Of a DNA stretch of 64,000 bases, positions 1 to 7,941 are shown one piece after another. A program made the position numbers and the translations under genes. The DNA is taken from assembly GCA_017614155.1 (NCBI GenBank), contig JAGACK010000047.1, positions 29,096 through 93,095 on the forward strand, given 5' to 3'. The notes beneath the pieces are model-generated. The model was not told where the DNA came from. It ran no database searches and saw nothing but the letters and a program-made list of their open reading frames with translations. The number at the start of each line of letters is the position of its first letter. Positions within the stretch are counted from its first letter, which is position 1. The stretch comes from Lachnospiraceae bacterium (GTDB lineage Bacteria; Bacillota; Clostridia; Lachnospirales; Lachnospiraceae).

Positions 1-1
1 A

Positions 2-487
2 AGGCGAAGGATAGGGAGTGAAAGATGCAGGGTCATTTTTCTGACCCCGTCAGGGCAGACCTTTGACGAGGATATGGCTTTGGAGTTTTCAAAGGAAGAA
101 AGCCTCATCTTTCTGTGCGGACACTACGAGGGCATAGACGAGAGGGTGACGGATGAGATCGTTACAGACCGGGTATCCGTCGGGGACTATGTGCTGACCG
201 GAGGAGAGCTGCCTGCGCTTGTGGTTATGGATGCGGTGACAAGGCTGATACCGGGTGTGCTCGGAAATGACATGTCCAGTGAGAGTGAATCGTTCAATAA
301 TGGTCTGCTGGAGTATCCGCAGTATACGAGACCACCGAAATGGCATGACAGGGAGGTGCCCGAAATACTGCTGTCGGGTGATCATAAAAAGATTGAGCAG
401 TACAGGATGCGGCAGGCCAGACGAAGGACAAAGGATATGCGTCCGGATCTGTATGAGGAGTATATCAGAAAAAGAGGTATTTTTTAG
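2..487 (+). CDS. trmD: tRNA (guanine37-N1)-methyltransferase TrmD, C-terminal part (5' end outside window)
   Basis: The frame is open from position 2. Translation VIFLTPSGQTFDEDMALEF..LIFLCGHYEGIDERV..GDYVLTGGELPALVVMDAVTRLIPGVLGN matches the TrmD core. Classic trmD-rplS synteny. Confidence 0.9.
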   Translation, partial: RRRIGSERCRVIFLTPSGQTFDEDMALEFSKEESLIFLCGHYEGIDERVTDEIVTDRVSVGDYVLTGGELPALVVMDAVTRLIPGVLGNDMSSESESFNNGLLEYPQYTRPPKWHDREVPEILLSGDHKKIEQYRMRQARRRTKDMRPDLYEEYIRKRGIF

Positions 488-516
488 TTGAAATATCCAT
501 AAAAGTGTGTTAATAT
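488..516 (+). promoter_or_regulatory. sigma-A type promoter upstream of rplS
   Basis: TTGAAA (488-493), 17-nt spacer, TAATAT (511-516), preceded by TGt (extended -10). It lies directly after the trmD stop. Confidence 0.55.
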
Positions 517-593
517 GTTGGTTCGTGAGACCGGACGGTCCTCTGGCGATCACAGTGGTTGCGAAAGAACGTCTGATTTTTAAGGAGGATAAT
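517..593 (+). promoter_or_regulatory. structured 5' leader of rplS (candidate L19 autoregulatory leader)
   Basis: About 70-nt UTR with local hairpins (GACC-ggac-GGTC; GTGA..TCAC) between the promoter and the AAGGAGG RBS at 582-588. Firmicutes carry an L19 leader at this position. Confidence 0.3.
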
Positions 594-944
594 ATGAGCG
601 ATATAATCAAGGAGATCGAAGAGGAACAGAAAAAAAAGGAACTTCCCGAGTTCAATACGGGTGATACCGTCAGGGTACACAACAAGATCAAGGAAGGAAA
701 CAGGGAAAGAGTTCAGGTGTTTGAGGGTACTGTCCTCAAGAAACAGGGAGGAAATACCTCGAGAGCTACTTTCACTGTCAGAAAGATATCAAATGGTGTA
801 GGAGTCGAAAAGACATGGCCCATTCATTCGCCTTTCATTGAGAAGGTTGAGGTTGTCCGTCGCGGTAAGGTCAGGAGAGCGAAGCTTTTCTACCTGAGAA
901 AGCTTACCGGAAAGAGGGCAAAGGTAAAAGAAGCCATAGACTGA
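594..944 (+). CDS. rplS: 50S ribosomal protein L19
   Basis: ATG at 594, 6 nt after the [74 protein letters not shown] is a typical L19. The ORF-track start at 507 is an upstream extension. Confidence 0.95.
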   Translation: MSDIIKEIEEEQKKKELPEFNTGDTVRVHNKIKEGNRERVQVFEGTVLKKQGGNTSRATFTVRKISNGVGVEKTWPIHSPFIEKVEVVRRGKVRRAKLFYLRKLTGKRAKVKEAID

Positions 945-957
945 TGAGTACTGACTG

Positions 958-993
958 CCGCAGAAAGCAATGCTTTCTGCGGTTTTCTTTTTT
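958..993 (+). terminator. rho-independent terminator after rplS
   Basis: Perfect 11-bp stem ccgcagaaagc/gctttctgcgg with a 3-nt loop, followed by ttttctttttt. Confidence 0.8.
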
Positions 994-1018
994 GTCCTTA
1001 TTATGGTAAAATTCCTGT

Positions 1019-1606
1019 ATGGGCAGGAGAAGAAGCGGAGGTCTTACTTTTTATGAAAAGAAGAAGACCATATCTCACAATCAGATATATCAGTTCATTT
1101 CATGGATCGTGCTGACTGCAGGTGCCATACTTCTGGCATGGGTCCTGGTTTACGGCTGGGGCATTAAGTCTGTTGTGATAGGCGATTCCATGTCGCCGGG
1201 GCTGGTAAACGGTCAGGAGATACTGATCGACAGGATCCGATACAATATCCTGGAGCCAAAAAGAGGAGATATCATCGTATTTAAGCCAAACGGAAATGAG
1301 AATGTACATACCTATGTCAAAAGAGTTGTGGGTGTGCCGGGCGACAGCATACAGATAATGAACGGGATGCTTTTTCTGAACGGACAGGCACAGGCAGATC
1401 TGTTCCCCGACAGCATAGCCGATCCCGGGATAGCGGCAAACGAGATGACATTAGACACGGATGAGTATTTCGTGATGGGGGATAACTGCAATTCTTCGGA
1501 GGACAGCAGGACTGCAAATATCGGAAATGTCCGCAGGGAATCGATCATAGGAAGGGCGTGGTTCCATATGGCCGGAGGTGACAAAGGCCTGGGGATGATA
1601 GACTGA
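1019..1606 (+). CDS. lepB: signal peptidase I
   Basis: N-terminal TM helix. Catalytic Ser box GDSMSPGL, Lys box VKRVVGVPGD, and GDNCNSSEDSR box. Confidence 0.9.
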   Translation: MGRRRSGGLTFYEKKKTISHNQIYQFISWIVLTAGAILLAWVLVYGWGIKSVVIGDSMSPGLVNGQEILIDRIRYNILEPKRGDIIVFKPNGNENVHTYVKRVVGVPGDSIQIMNGMLFLNGQAQADLFPDSIADPGIAANEMTLDTDEYFVMGDNCNSSEDSRTANIGNVRRESIIGRAWFHMAGGDKGLGMID

Positions 1607-1614
1607 GGTGGCAA

Positions 1615-2463
1615 ATGGGAGATCTTCACTGGTATCCGGGGCATATGGCAAAAGCAAAGCGCGCCATAGCAGAGGATCTGAAACTTATAGATGTAATAAT
1701 TGAACTGACTGATGCCAGAGCGCCGATGTCATCAAGGAATCCTGACATAGATGCCATGGCAAACGGAAAAGACAGGATCATGGTCATGAGCAAATCGGAT
1801 TTGGCTGAAAGCCCCGCAAATGATATATGGATCGGATATTTCAGGGATCTGGGACTTGATACGGCATGTGTTGATCTGAAAAGCGGCGCGGGGATGAAAA
1901 AAGTTAAAAGTCTCCTTGCCGGGGCGGCTGAGAGAAAACACGAAAAGGACAAAAAGAAGGGCATAAGGATGCAGCGTCCTGTCCGTGCGCTGGTGTGTGG
2001 CATCCCAAATGTGGGAAAATCGACCTTCATAAATTCCATGGCCGGGAAAAATATAGCAAAGACCGGCAACAGGCCGGGCGTGACAAAGGGAAAGCAGTGG
2101 ATAACGGTTTCAAAGGGGATAGAGCTTTTAGATTCACCGGGCCTTCTCTGGCCGAAGATCGAAGACGAGAGAGCTGCTCTGAACCTGGCGCTCCTGGGGT
2201 CGATGAATGATGAAGTCATCGACAGGGAAAGGCTGATAACGGAACTGGCAGGCATATTAAGGGAAAGATACAGCAGCATGCTTTCCGGCTTGTACGGCAT
2301 CCTTCCGGAGGATGACAGGGAGGCCGTGCTTTCAAAGATTGCCATTACGATGAATATGCTGCAAAAGGGCGGACAGCCGGATATAGACAGGGCAAAGCAC
2401 TATTTTCTGGATTCGTTTCGAGGCGGAAAGCTGGGGAGGATCACACTTGAGCTCCCGGGATAA
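1615..2463 (+). CDS. rbgA: ribosome biogenesis GTPase A (YlqF/RbgA)
   Basis: WYPGHMAKAKR N-terminus and circularly permuted GTPase motifs (MSKSDL .. GIPNVGKSTFIN .. DSPGLLWPK). Confidence 0.9.
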   Translation: MGDLHWYPGHMAKAKRAIAEDLKLIDVIIELTDARAPMSSRNPDIDAMANGKDRIMVMSKSDLAESPANDIWIGYFRDLGLDTACVDLKSGAGMKKVKSLLAGAAERKHEKDKKKGIRMQRPVRALVCGIPNVGKSTFINSMAGKNIAKTGNRPGVTKGKQWITVSKGIELLDSPGLLWPKIEDERAALNLALLGSMNDEVIDRERLITELAGILRERYSSMLSGLYGILPEDDREAVLSKIAITMNMLQKGGQPDIDRAKHYFLDSFRGGKLGRITLELPG

Positions 2464-3019
2464 AAAAAAGAAGAAAAAGAGAACCCCGTTCGGGGAGTTT
2501 TTAAGCCTGAGCCTGTATTTTCTGGCTGTGGTGGCTGCCGCGTGGCTTCTGAACAGTTTTGTCATAACAAGGGATGTCGTGTCGGGAAATTCCATGTATG
2601 ATACCTTAAATGACGGGGATGTGCTGATGGTCGACCTTATATCCTACAGATTTTCATCGCCGAAGCGTTTTGATATCGTGGTCTTTCCTTCGCCCTTCGA
2701 AAAAAACGCGAATATCGTAAAGCGTATCATCGGCCTTCCGAACGAGACGGTCAGTATTGATGAGGACGGGAATATAACTGTTAACGGGCGTATCATAAAT
2801 GACAGATACGGCACGGAGAAGATAGCGGACCCGGGACTTGCAAAGGGCAGCGGCATTACGCTGGGAAACGATGAGTATTTCGTCCTGGGGGATAACAGGA
2901 ACGATTCCCTTGACAGCAGGTCTGAAAAGATAGGGAATGTGAGGAAAAAGAAAATAAAAGGCAGGGCAGTGCTTATTATCTGGCCGTTTAAGGATTTTGG
3001 AAAGGTGAAAGGCAGATGA
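2447..3019 (+). CDS. signal peptidase I, second paralog
   Basis: TTG start 6 nt after GGGGAGGA, overlapping the rbgA end by 17 nt. Lys-rich N-terminus plus a TM helix. Motifs GNSMYDTL, VKRIIGLPNE and GDNRNDSLDSR. Confidence 0.85.
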   Translation: MSSRDKKKKKKRTPFGEFLSLSLYFLAVVAAAWLLNSFVITRDVVSGNSMYDTLNDGDVLMVDLISYRFSSPKRFDIVVFPSPFEKNANIVKRIIGLPNETVSIDEDGNITVNGRIINDRYGTEKIADPGLAKGSGITLGNDEYFVLGDNRNDSLDSRSEKIGNVRKKKIKGRAVLIIWPFKDFGKVKGR

Positions 3020-3648
3020 CAAAGGAAGAAAAGCTTGAGGCAGAGAAGCAGAGGATATATGAGATATCGGCCTATGAAAGGGAATACTCTTCCTGCGGTC
3101 TGGTCTGCGGTATTGATGAGGTGGGCAGAGGCCCTTTTGCGGGTCCGGTTGTAGCCGGCGCAGTGATACTTCCAAAGGACTGCGATATACTTTATATCAA
3201 TGATTCAAAGAAACTATCCGCCAAAAAGCGGGAAGAGCTTTGTGAGATAATAAAAGAAAAGGCTGTCGCATGGGCTACGGCACGCGTGGAAAATGACAGG
3301 ATAGATGAGATCAATATCCTTCAGGCCACATTTGAGGCAATGAGGGAAGCGATTAAGAAACTGGAGAAGCGACCCGATATACTATTAAATGATGCTGTCA
3401 CGATCCCGGGCGTGGATATCAGGCAGGTTCCCATAGTTAAGGGAGATGCAAAATCCATTTCGATAGGAGCGGCAAGCATCATAGCCAAGGTCGAAAGAGA
3501 CGGATATATGAAAGAATATGACAGCATATATCCCGGATACGGATTTGCAAGCAACATGGGTTACGGCACTGCTGCCCATATAAAGGCATTGAAGGAACTC
3601 GGGCCGACACCGATCCACAGGAGAACCTTCATACATAAGTATATCTGA
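3016..3648 (+). CDS. rnhB: ribonuclease HII
   Basis: ATGA overlap with the upstream stop. GIDEVGRGPFAGPVVAGAV..DSKKLS..ASIIAKVERD..GYGT are RNase HII motifs. Confidence 0.95.
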   Translation: MTKEEKLEAEKQRIYEISAYEREYSSCGLVCGIDEVGRGPFAGPVVAGAVILPKDCDILYINDSKKLSAKKREELCEIIKEKAVAWATARVENDRIDEINILQATFEAMREAIKKLEKRPDILLNDAVTIPGVDIRQVPIVKGDAKSISIGAASIIAKVERDGYMKEYDSIYPGYGFASNMGYGTAAHIKALKELGPTPIHRRTFIHKYI

Positions 3649-3660
3649 GACGGTTTTATT

Positions 3661-5454
3661 ATGAGTATAAGAGTCAGTCATGAAAATCAGGTCCTCCAGA
3701 ACGGAGGACGCAATATCGGCGGTGCTTCGCAGATGGAGGAAAACAGGCCTGTTTCAAAAGAGGCTATCCGTCTTGCGGCAAATGTCAGGTATATGAATGT
3801 CGGGGATACTTTTACCGGCAAGATAACAAATATCGACGGAATGGCGCTGGAACTCCTGCTTGCCGACAAAAGCACCCTGAATGCAAAGCTTTCGCAGAAG
3901 ATGAATCTGAGCCTGGGACAGACCATGTCCTTTGAGATAACCGGAGGCGGGGGCGGAAAAGTTTCACTGACGCCGCTTTATGCCAATCTTGCAGGGGACA
4001 GTCAGGTAACAAAAGCTCTGAACGCGGCACAGCTTCCTGTTGATTCAAGAAATGCCGAGATGGTGCAGGCCATGATGAAGGAGGGAATGTCCATTGATGT
4101 CAACTCGCTCCTTGGCATGGCGCGGACAGTTGCATCCTATCCGCAGGCTGCGCCCTCGTCCATAGTGCAGATGCAGAAGCTCGGCATACCGCTTTCAGAG
4201 GAAAATGCCGAACAGTTTGAGATCTACAAGAGTAATTCACATCAGATCGCATCTGAAGTGTCTGCCCTGGCAGAAAACTTTGCAAAGGAGGCGGGCACCG
4301 ATCTTTCGCTGAATAACGCGCTGCTTCAGATCGTTACCAATGATACTGAAACAGACAGTCCGGATATCCTGAAAAACGCTCTGGCGGAAGAAGAAAATAC
4401 AGTGCCCATACCTGAACAGGAGGGTGAAGAGGCGGAAGCACTGCCAAAGGAGCCTGTCAGTGAAGAAGCAAAACCGGGAGAAACCGTGCAGGATGGTAAA
4501 ATGCCGGCTCCGGAGACTGCCATGGATGGTCCTGCAAAGAATGTCATCAGGGATACGGAAGTCATAAAGGAGCCTGAACCGGCTTCTATCCTGTATGGAA
4601 AGAATACCGTGACGGATGACCTGGAGCGTCTTTTTACCGCAGAGGAAAGAAATGCCCTTGCAGAAAGCATGGAAAAAATGGGCGTACCGAAATCTATCAC
4701 TACAAGTGTAAGAGACGCAAAGATGACCTCTTACGAAACCCTCGATATGATAAAGACGGCTGTCGATCTCTTTTCAAAGACTGCGCAGGATAAGGAAGAG
4801 TTTACCCATTCTCTGAAGGAGCTGACGGGAAGCAGTGAATACGGGAAACTCCTGAAAAATGAGCTGGCGGGAAGGCTGCTTCTTTCACCGGAGGATGTTT
4901 CGGACAGGGAGAAGGTCAGGGATTATTATGAAAGAGTGGTCCGTGATACGGCAAAGCTTTCCGAGGCGCTGTCGTCATCCGGCAGGGAGGATACGACACT
5001 TTTCAGGGATACGGTCAATATCCGGGATAATATCGATTTCATGAATCAGCTCAATCAGGTATTTACCTATGTCCAGCTACCGCTGAAGATGAATGATGAA
5101 GCCTCGCACGGGGATCTGTATGTATATACCAACAAAAAGAAGCTTGCCGAAAAGGACGGGAATGTTTCGGCGCTCCTTCATCTGGATATGGAGCATCTCG
5201 GGACCATGGATGTCCATGTTTCGATGAACGATACAGGGAATGTGAAGACTCATTTTATCATGCAGAAGGCTGAATTGCTTGATTTTATAGCAGAGCATCT
5301 TCCTGAGCTGAACGAAAGGCTTGAAAAGAGAGGTTACAGGGTGACTTCGGATGTGGCCCTGAACCGTGAGGAGAAAAATGTCCCGCAGATAATGTTCAGG
5401 ACGGTAAAGGACGACAGACTGGTACAGAAGCTTTCCTTTGATGTGAAAGCGTAA
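3661..5454 (+). CDS. YlqG-like protein with a FliK (hook-length control)-like C-terminal domain; function unknown
   Basis: 597-aa ORF with an acidic/Pro-rich middle. The C-terminus LPLKMNDEASHGDLYVY..ALLHLDMEHLGTMDVHVSMND.GNVKTHFIMQKAELLDFIAEHLPELNERLEKRGY resembles the Flg_hook/FliK C-terminal fold. It occupies the position equivalent to B. subtilis ylqG. Confidence 0.55.
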   Translation: MSIRVSHENQVLQNGGRNIGGASQMEENRPVSKEAIRLAANVRYMNVGDTFTGKITNIDGMALELLLADKSTLNAKLSQKMNLSLGQTMSFEITGGGGGKVSLTPLYANLAGDSQVTKALNAAQLPVDSRNAEMVQAMMKEGMSIDVNSLLGMARTVASYPQAAPSSIVQMQKLGIPLSEENAEQFEIYKSNSHQIASEVSALAENFAKEAGTDLSLNNALLQIVTNDTETDSPDILKNALAEEENTVPIPEQEGEEAEALPKEPVSEEAKPGETVQDGKMPAPETAMDGPAKNVIRDTEVIKEPEPASILYGKNTVTDDLERLFTAEERNALAESMEKMGVPKSITTSVRDAKMTSYETLDMIKTAVDLFSKTAQDKEEFTHSLKELTGSSEYGKLLKNELAGRLLLSPEDVSDREKVRDYYERVVRDTAKLSEALSSSGREDTTLFRDTVNIRDNIDFMNQLNQVFTYVQLPLKMNDEASHGDLYVYTNKKKLAEKDGNVSALLHLDMEHLGTMDVHVSMNDTGNVKTHFIMQKAELLDFIAEHLPELNERLEKRGYRVTSDVALNREEKNVPQIMFRTVKDDRLVQKLSFDVKA

Positions 5455-5469
5455 AAAAGAAGGATAGTT

Positions 5470-5772
5470 ATGGAAGAGGACAAAAAAAAGATAAAGACCG
5501 CGGTAGCTTTAAGCTATGAGGCCGGTGATGCAGCCCCCAGGGTTGTGGCAAGCGGGCGCGGGCTTGTAGCCGAAAAGATCATAGAAAAGGCAAAAGAGAG
5601 CAATGTTGCCGTTCATGAGGACAGCAAGCTTGCCCAGACACTGGCAAATCTCGAGATCGGCGAGATGATACCTCCGGAACTCTATGAGGTTGTCGCTGAG
5701 GTTCTCGTATTTGTTAACGATATGGAAAAGATAAGACAGAAGATCGATATGAGTGGGAGAGTTCCGAGATAG
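5470..5772 (+). CDS. FlhB C-terminal-domain-like protein (YlqH / EscU-YscU-HrcU switch-domain family)
   Basis: 100 aa. AVALSYEAGDAAPRVVASGRGLVAEKIIEKAKESNVAVHEDSKLAQTL..IPPELYEVVAEVLVFV matches the soluble FlhB/YscU C-terminal domain. There are no TM segments. Confidence 0.8.
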   Translation: MEEDKKKIKTAVALSYEAGDAAPRVVASGRGLVAEKIIEKAKESNVAVHEDSKLAQTLANLEIGEMIPPELYEVVAEVLVFVNDMEKIRQKIDMSGRVPR

Positions 5773-5784
5773 AAGCGAAGAAGG

Positions 5785-6137
5785 ATGATACCCGGAAAAA
5801 AGGAAGGGAAGGAGAAGATAAAGCCGTAAGCTTCCTTGAAGAGAACGGGATCAGTGTGATCGAGAGAAATTACAGATGCAGGCTGGGGGAGATCGATATC
5901 ATCGGTCTGGACGGGAGTACGCGTGTCTTTTTTGAGGTCAAGTACCGGAAAAGCGATGCGTTCGGACAGCCTTATGAAGCCGTTGGGTACAGGAAGCAGA
6001 GGGTGATCTGCAGGACGGCAGATCATTACAGGATGACGAGAAGCCTTCCCGTTGATATGCCCTGCAGATTTGATATAATATCGATTAGGGGCGACAGCAT
6101 CGAATGGTACAAAAATGCTTTTGAATACATATACTAG
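5785..6137 (+). CDS. YraN family (UPF0102) endonuclease-like protein; reading frame disrupted near the 5' end
   Basis: ERNYRCRLGEIDIIGLDG..FFEVKYRKS is the YraN core. The conserved N-terminus (GREGEDKAVSFLEENGISV) is in frame from 5802 but has no start codon. The ATG at 5785 is in the +1 frame. The two frames meet on the A6 run at 5796-5801. The longest conventional ORF starts at GTG 5856. Confidence 0.7.
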
Positions 6138-6149
6138 GAGGTAGGTTAT

Positions 6150-6698
6150 ATGAGCAGGATCGCTTTTTTTCTTGCGGACGGATTTGAGGAGATTGAGGGA
6201 CTGACACCTGTAGATATGTGCAGGAGAGCAGGGATAGAGGTCGTGACTTTTTCGGTCATGGATGAACTCCTGATAAAGGGTTCTCACGGGATAAAGCTGT
6301 ATGCGGATGAAATGTTTGCTCCGGGAGCATATGACGGTTTTGATATGCTGGTTCTTCCGGGAGGCGGCCTGGGTACGCAGAATCTTGAAAAGCATGAAGG
6401 CCTTCTGGCAGAGCTGAAAAAGGCCTTTGATTCGGGCAGATACATAGCTGCTATCTGCGCCGCACCGAGGATCCTGGGAAGGCTTGGTTTTCTGGATGGA
6501 AAAAATGCCACCTGCTATCCCGGCAATGAGGAACACCTGAAGGGAGCGGTATATCATCCGGAATGCAAGGCAGTGACTGACGGGAAACTCATCACTGCAA
6601 GAGGAATGGGGGCTGCTGTCGATTTCGGAAAAGAGATCATAGCTGCATTGGAAGGAAAGGAAAAGGCTCAGGAGATACTGGATCAGATACAGTTCTGA
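6150..6698 (+). CDS. DJ-1/PfpI (ThiJ) family protein
   Basis: FLADGFEEIEGLTPVD..LVLPGG..YIAAICAAPRILG (nucleophile-elbow Cys)..ATCYPG. Confidence 0.85.
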   Translation: MSRIAFFLADGFEEIEGLTPVDMCRRAGIEVVTFSVMDELLIKGSHGIKLYADEMFAPGAYDGFDMLVLPGGGLGTQNLEKHEGLLAELKKAFDSGRYIAAICAAPRILGRLGFLDGKNATCYPGNEEHLKGAVYHPECKAVTDGKLITARGMGAAVDFGKEIIAALEGKEKAQEILDQIQF

Positions 6699-6735
6699 AA
6701 CACTTTCGCAATGAGCAGTAACGGAGGACTTACAT

Positions 6736-7941
6736 ATGTCAGAAAAGGATATCCTGGCTGAACACAGAGTGGTAGCGCCGTTAAAGATAGCGGTAATGGA
6801 CAATATAGGTCCGTTTGGGGATATGGTGAACAAGTATCTGGTGGAGTACCGCAGGGACAGGGATCATGAGCATGCGGAATCGCCCATATTCCAGGGATAT
6901 ACCGCCGATAATTACAAGATCGATTTCACCCTGTCGCGTTTCGGAACCGGAGAAGGAAAATGCGTGCTGAACGAATCTGTCAGGGGCAAGGATCTTTACA
7001 TCATAGGAGATATCACCAATTATTCCATGACCTATACGTTGAACGGTTTTGTGAACCATATGTCACCCGATGACCATTATCAGGACTTGAAGAGGATCAT
7101 CGCGGCTGTGGCGGGAAAGGCCCACAGGCTTACCGTGGTCATGCCGTTTCTGTATGAATCCAGGCAGCACAAGAGGAGCACCAGGGAATCTTTAGACTGC
7201 GCGATGATGATAGAGGAGCTGGCTGATATGGGCGTTACAAACCTGATGACATTTGACGCTCACGATCCGTCGGTCCAGGCTGCTTCACAGCTTTGCGGAT
7301 TTGATAATTTTTCGGCTTTTTATCAGTTCATCAGGGCTCTTCTTGACACCGAGGATGACATGATAATAGACAAGGATCACACTGTAATAATAAGTCCCGA
7401 TGAGGGCGCTCTGAACAGGGCCATTTATTTTGCCACCGTGCTCGGGGTGGATACAGGTATGTTCTACAAGAGAAGAGACTACAGCCATATCGTGAACGGG
7501 AAGAATCCCATCGTGGCGCATGAATTCCTGGGAGATGCCGTGGACGGAAAGGATGTCATAGTTGTCGATGACATGATCAGCTCCGGCGGCTCCATGCTTG
7601 ATACTGCAAAGCAGCTGAAGGCGATGAATGCAAAGAGAGTCTTTATCTGCTGTACCTTCGGACTGTTTACCGACGGGATGAAGGATTTTGATGAGGCTTT
7701 TGAAAAATGCTATTTTGACAAAGTTATCACGACAAACCTGAATTACAGGAGAAAAGAACTTCTTGAACGTCCTTATTATGTTGAGGCGGATATGAGCAAA
7801 TATCTTGCGCAGATCATTGATTATTCAAACCATGATATCTCCATGGATAATGTGCGAACGCCTACTGACAGGATCAGGGAGATCCTGGTCCGTTACAACA
7901 ACCGGGAGGATGTTCCCATAGCAAAATATCATGATGAATGA
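6736..7941 (+). CDS. ribose-phosphate pyrophosphokinase family protein (long, 401 aa)
   Basis: SVRGKDLYIIGD, RLTVVMPFLYESRQHKR, the PRPP-binding loop VIVVDDMISSGGSMLDTAKQLK, and VITTN. It is longer than the canonical Prs of about 315 aa. Confidence 0.7.
   Translation: MSEKDILAEHRVVAPLKIAVMDNIGPFGDMVNKYLVEYRRDRDHEHAESPIFQGYTADNYKIDFTLSRFGTGEGKCVLNESVRGKDLYIIGDITNYSMTYTLNGFVNHMSPDDHYQDLKRIIAAVAGKAHRLTVVMPFLYESRQHKRSTRESLDCAMMIEELADMGVTNLMTFDAHDPSVQAASQLCGFDNFSAFYQFIRALLDTEDDMIIDKDHTVIISPDEGALNRAIYFATVLGVDTGMFYKRRDYSHIVNGKNPIVAHEFLGDAVDGKDVIVVDDMISSGGSMLDTAKQLKAMNAKRVFICCTFGLFTDGMKDFDEAFEKCYFDKVITTNLNYRRKELLERPYYVEADMSKYLAQIIDYSNHDISMDNVRTPTDRIREILVRYNNREDVPIAKYHDE

Noticed and set aside
1626-2345. 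239-aa minus-strand ORF
   Set aside because: It is antisense to rbgA and has no motifs.
5682-6833. 383-aa ORF on the minus strand
   Set aside because: It lies antisense to three well-supported + strand genes (ylqH end, yraN, DJ-1). The product is low-complexity and Ser/Cys/Ile-rich with no motifs. This is a typical shadow ORF.
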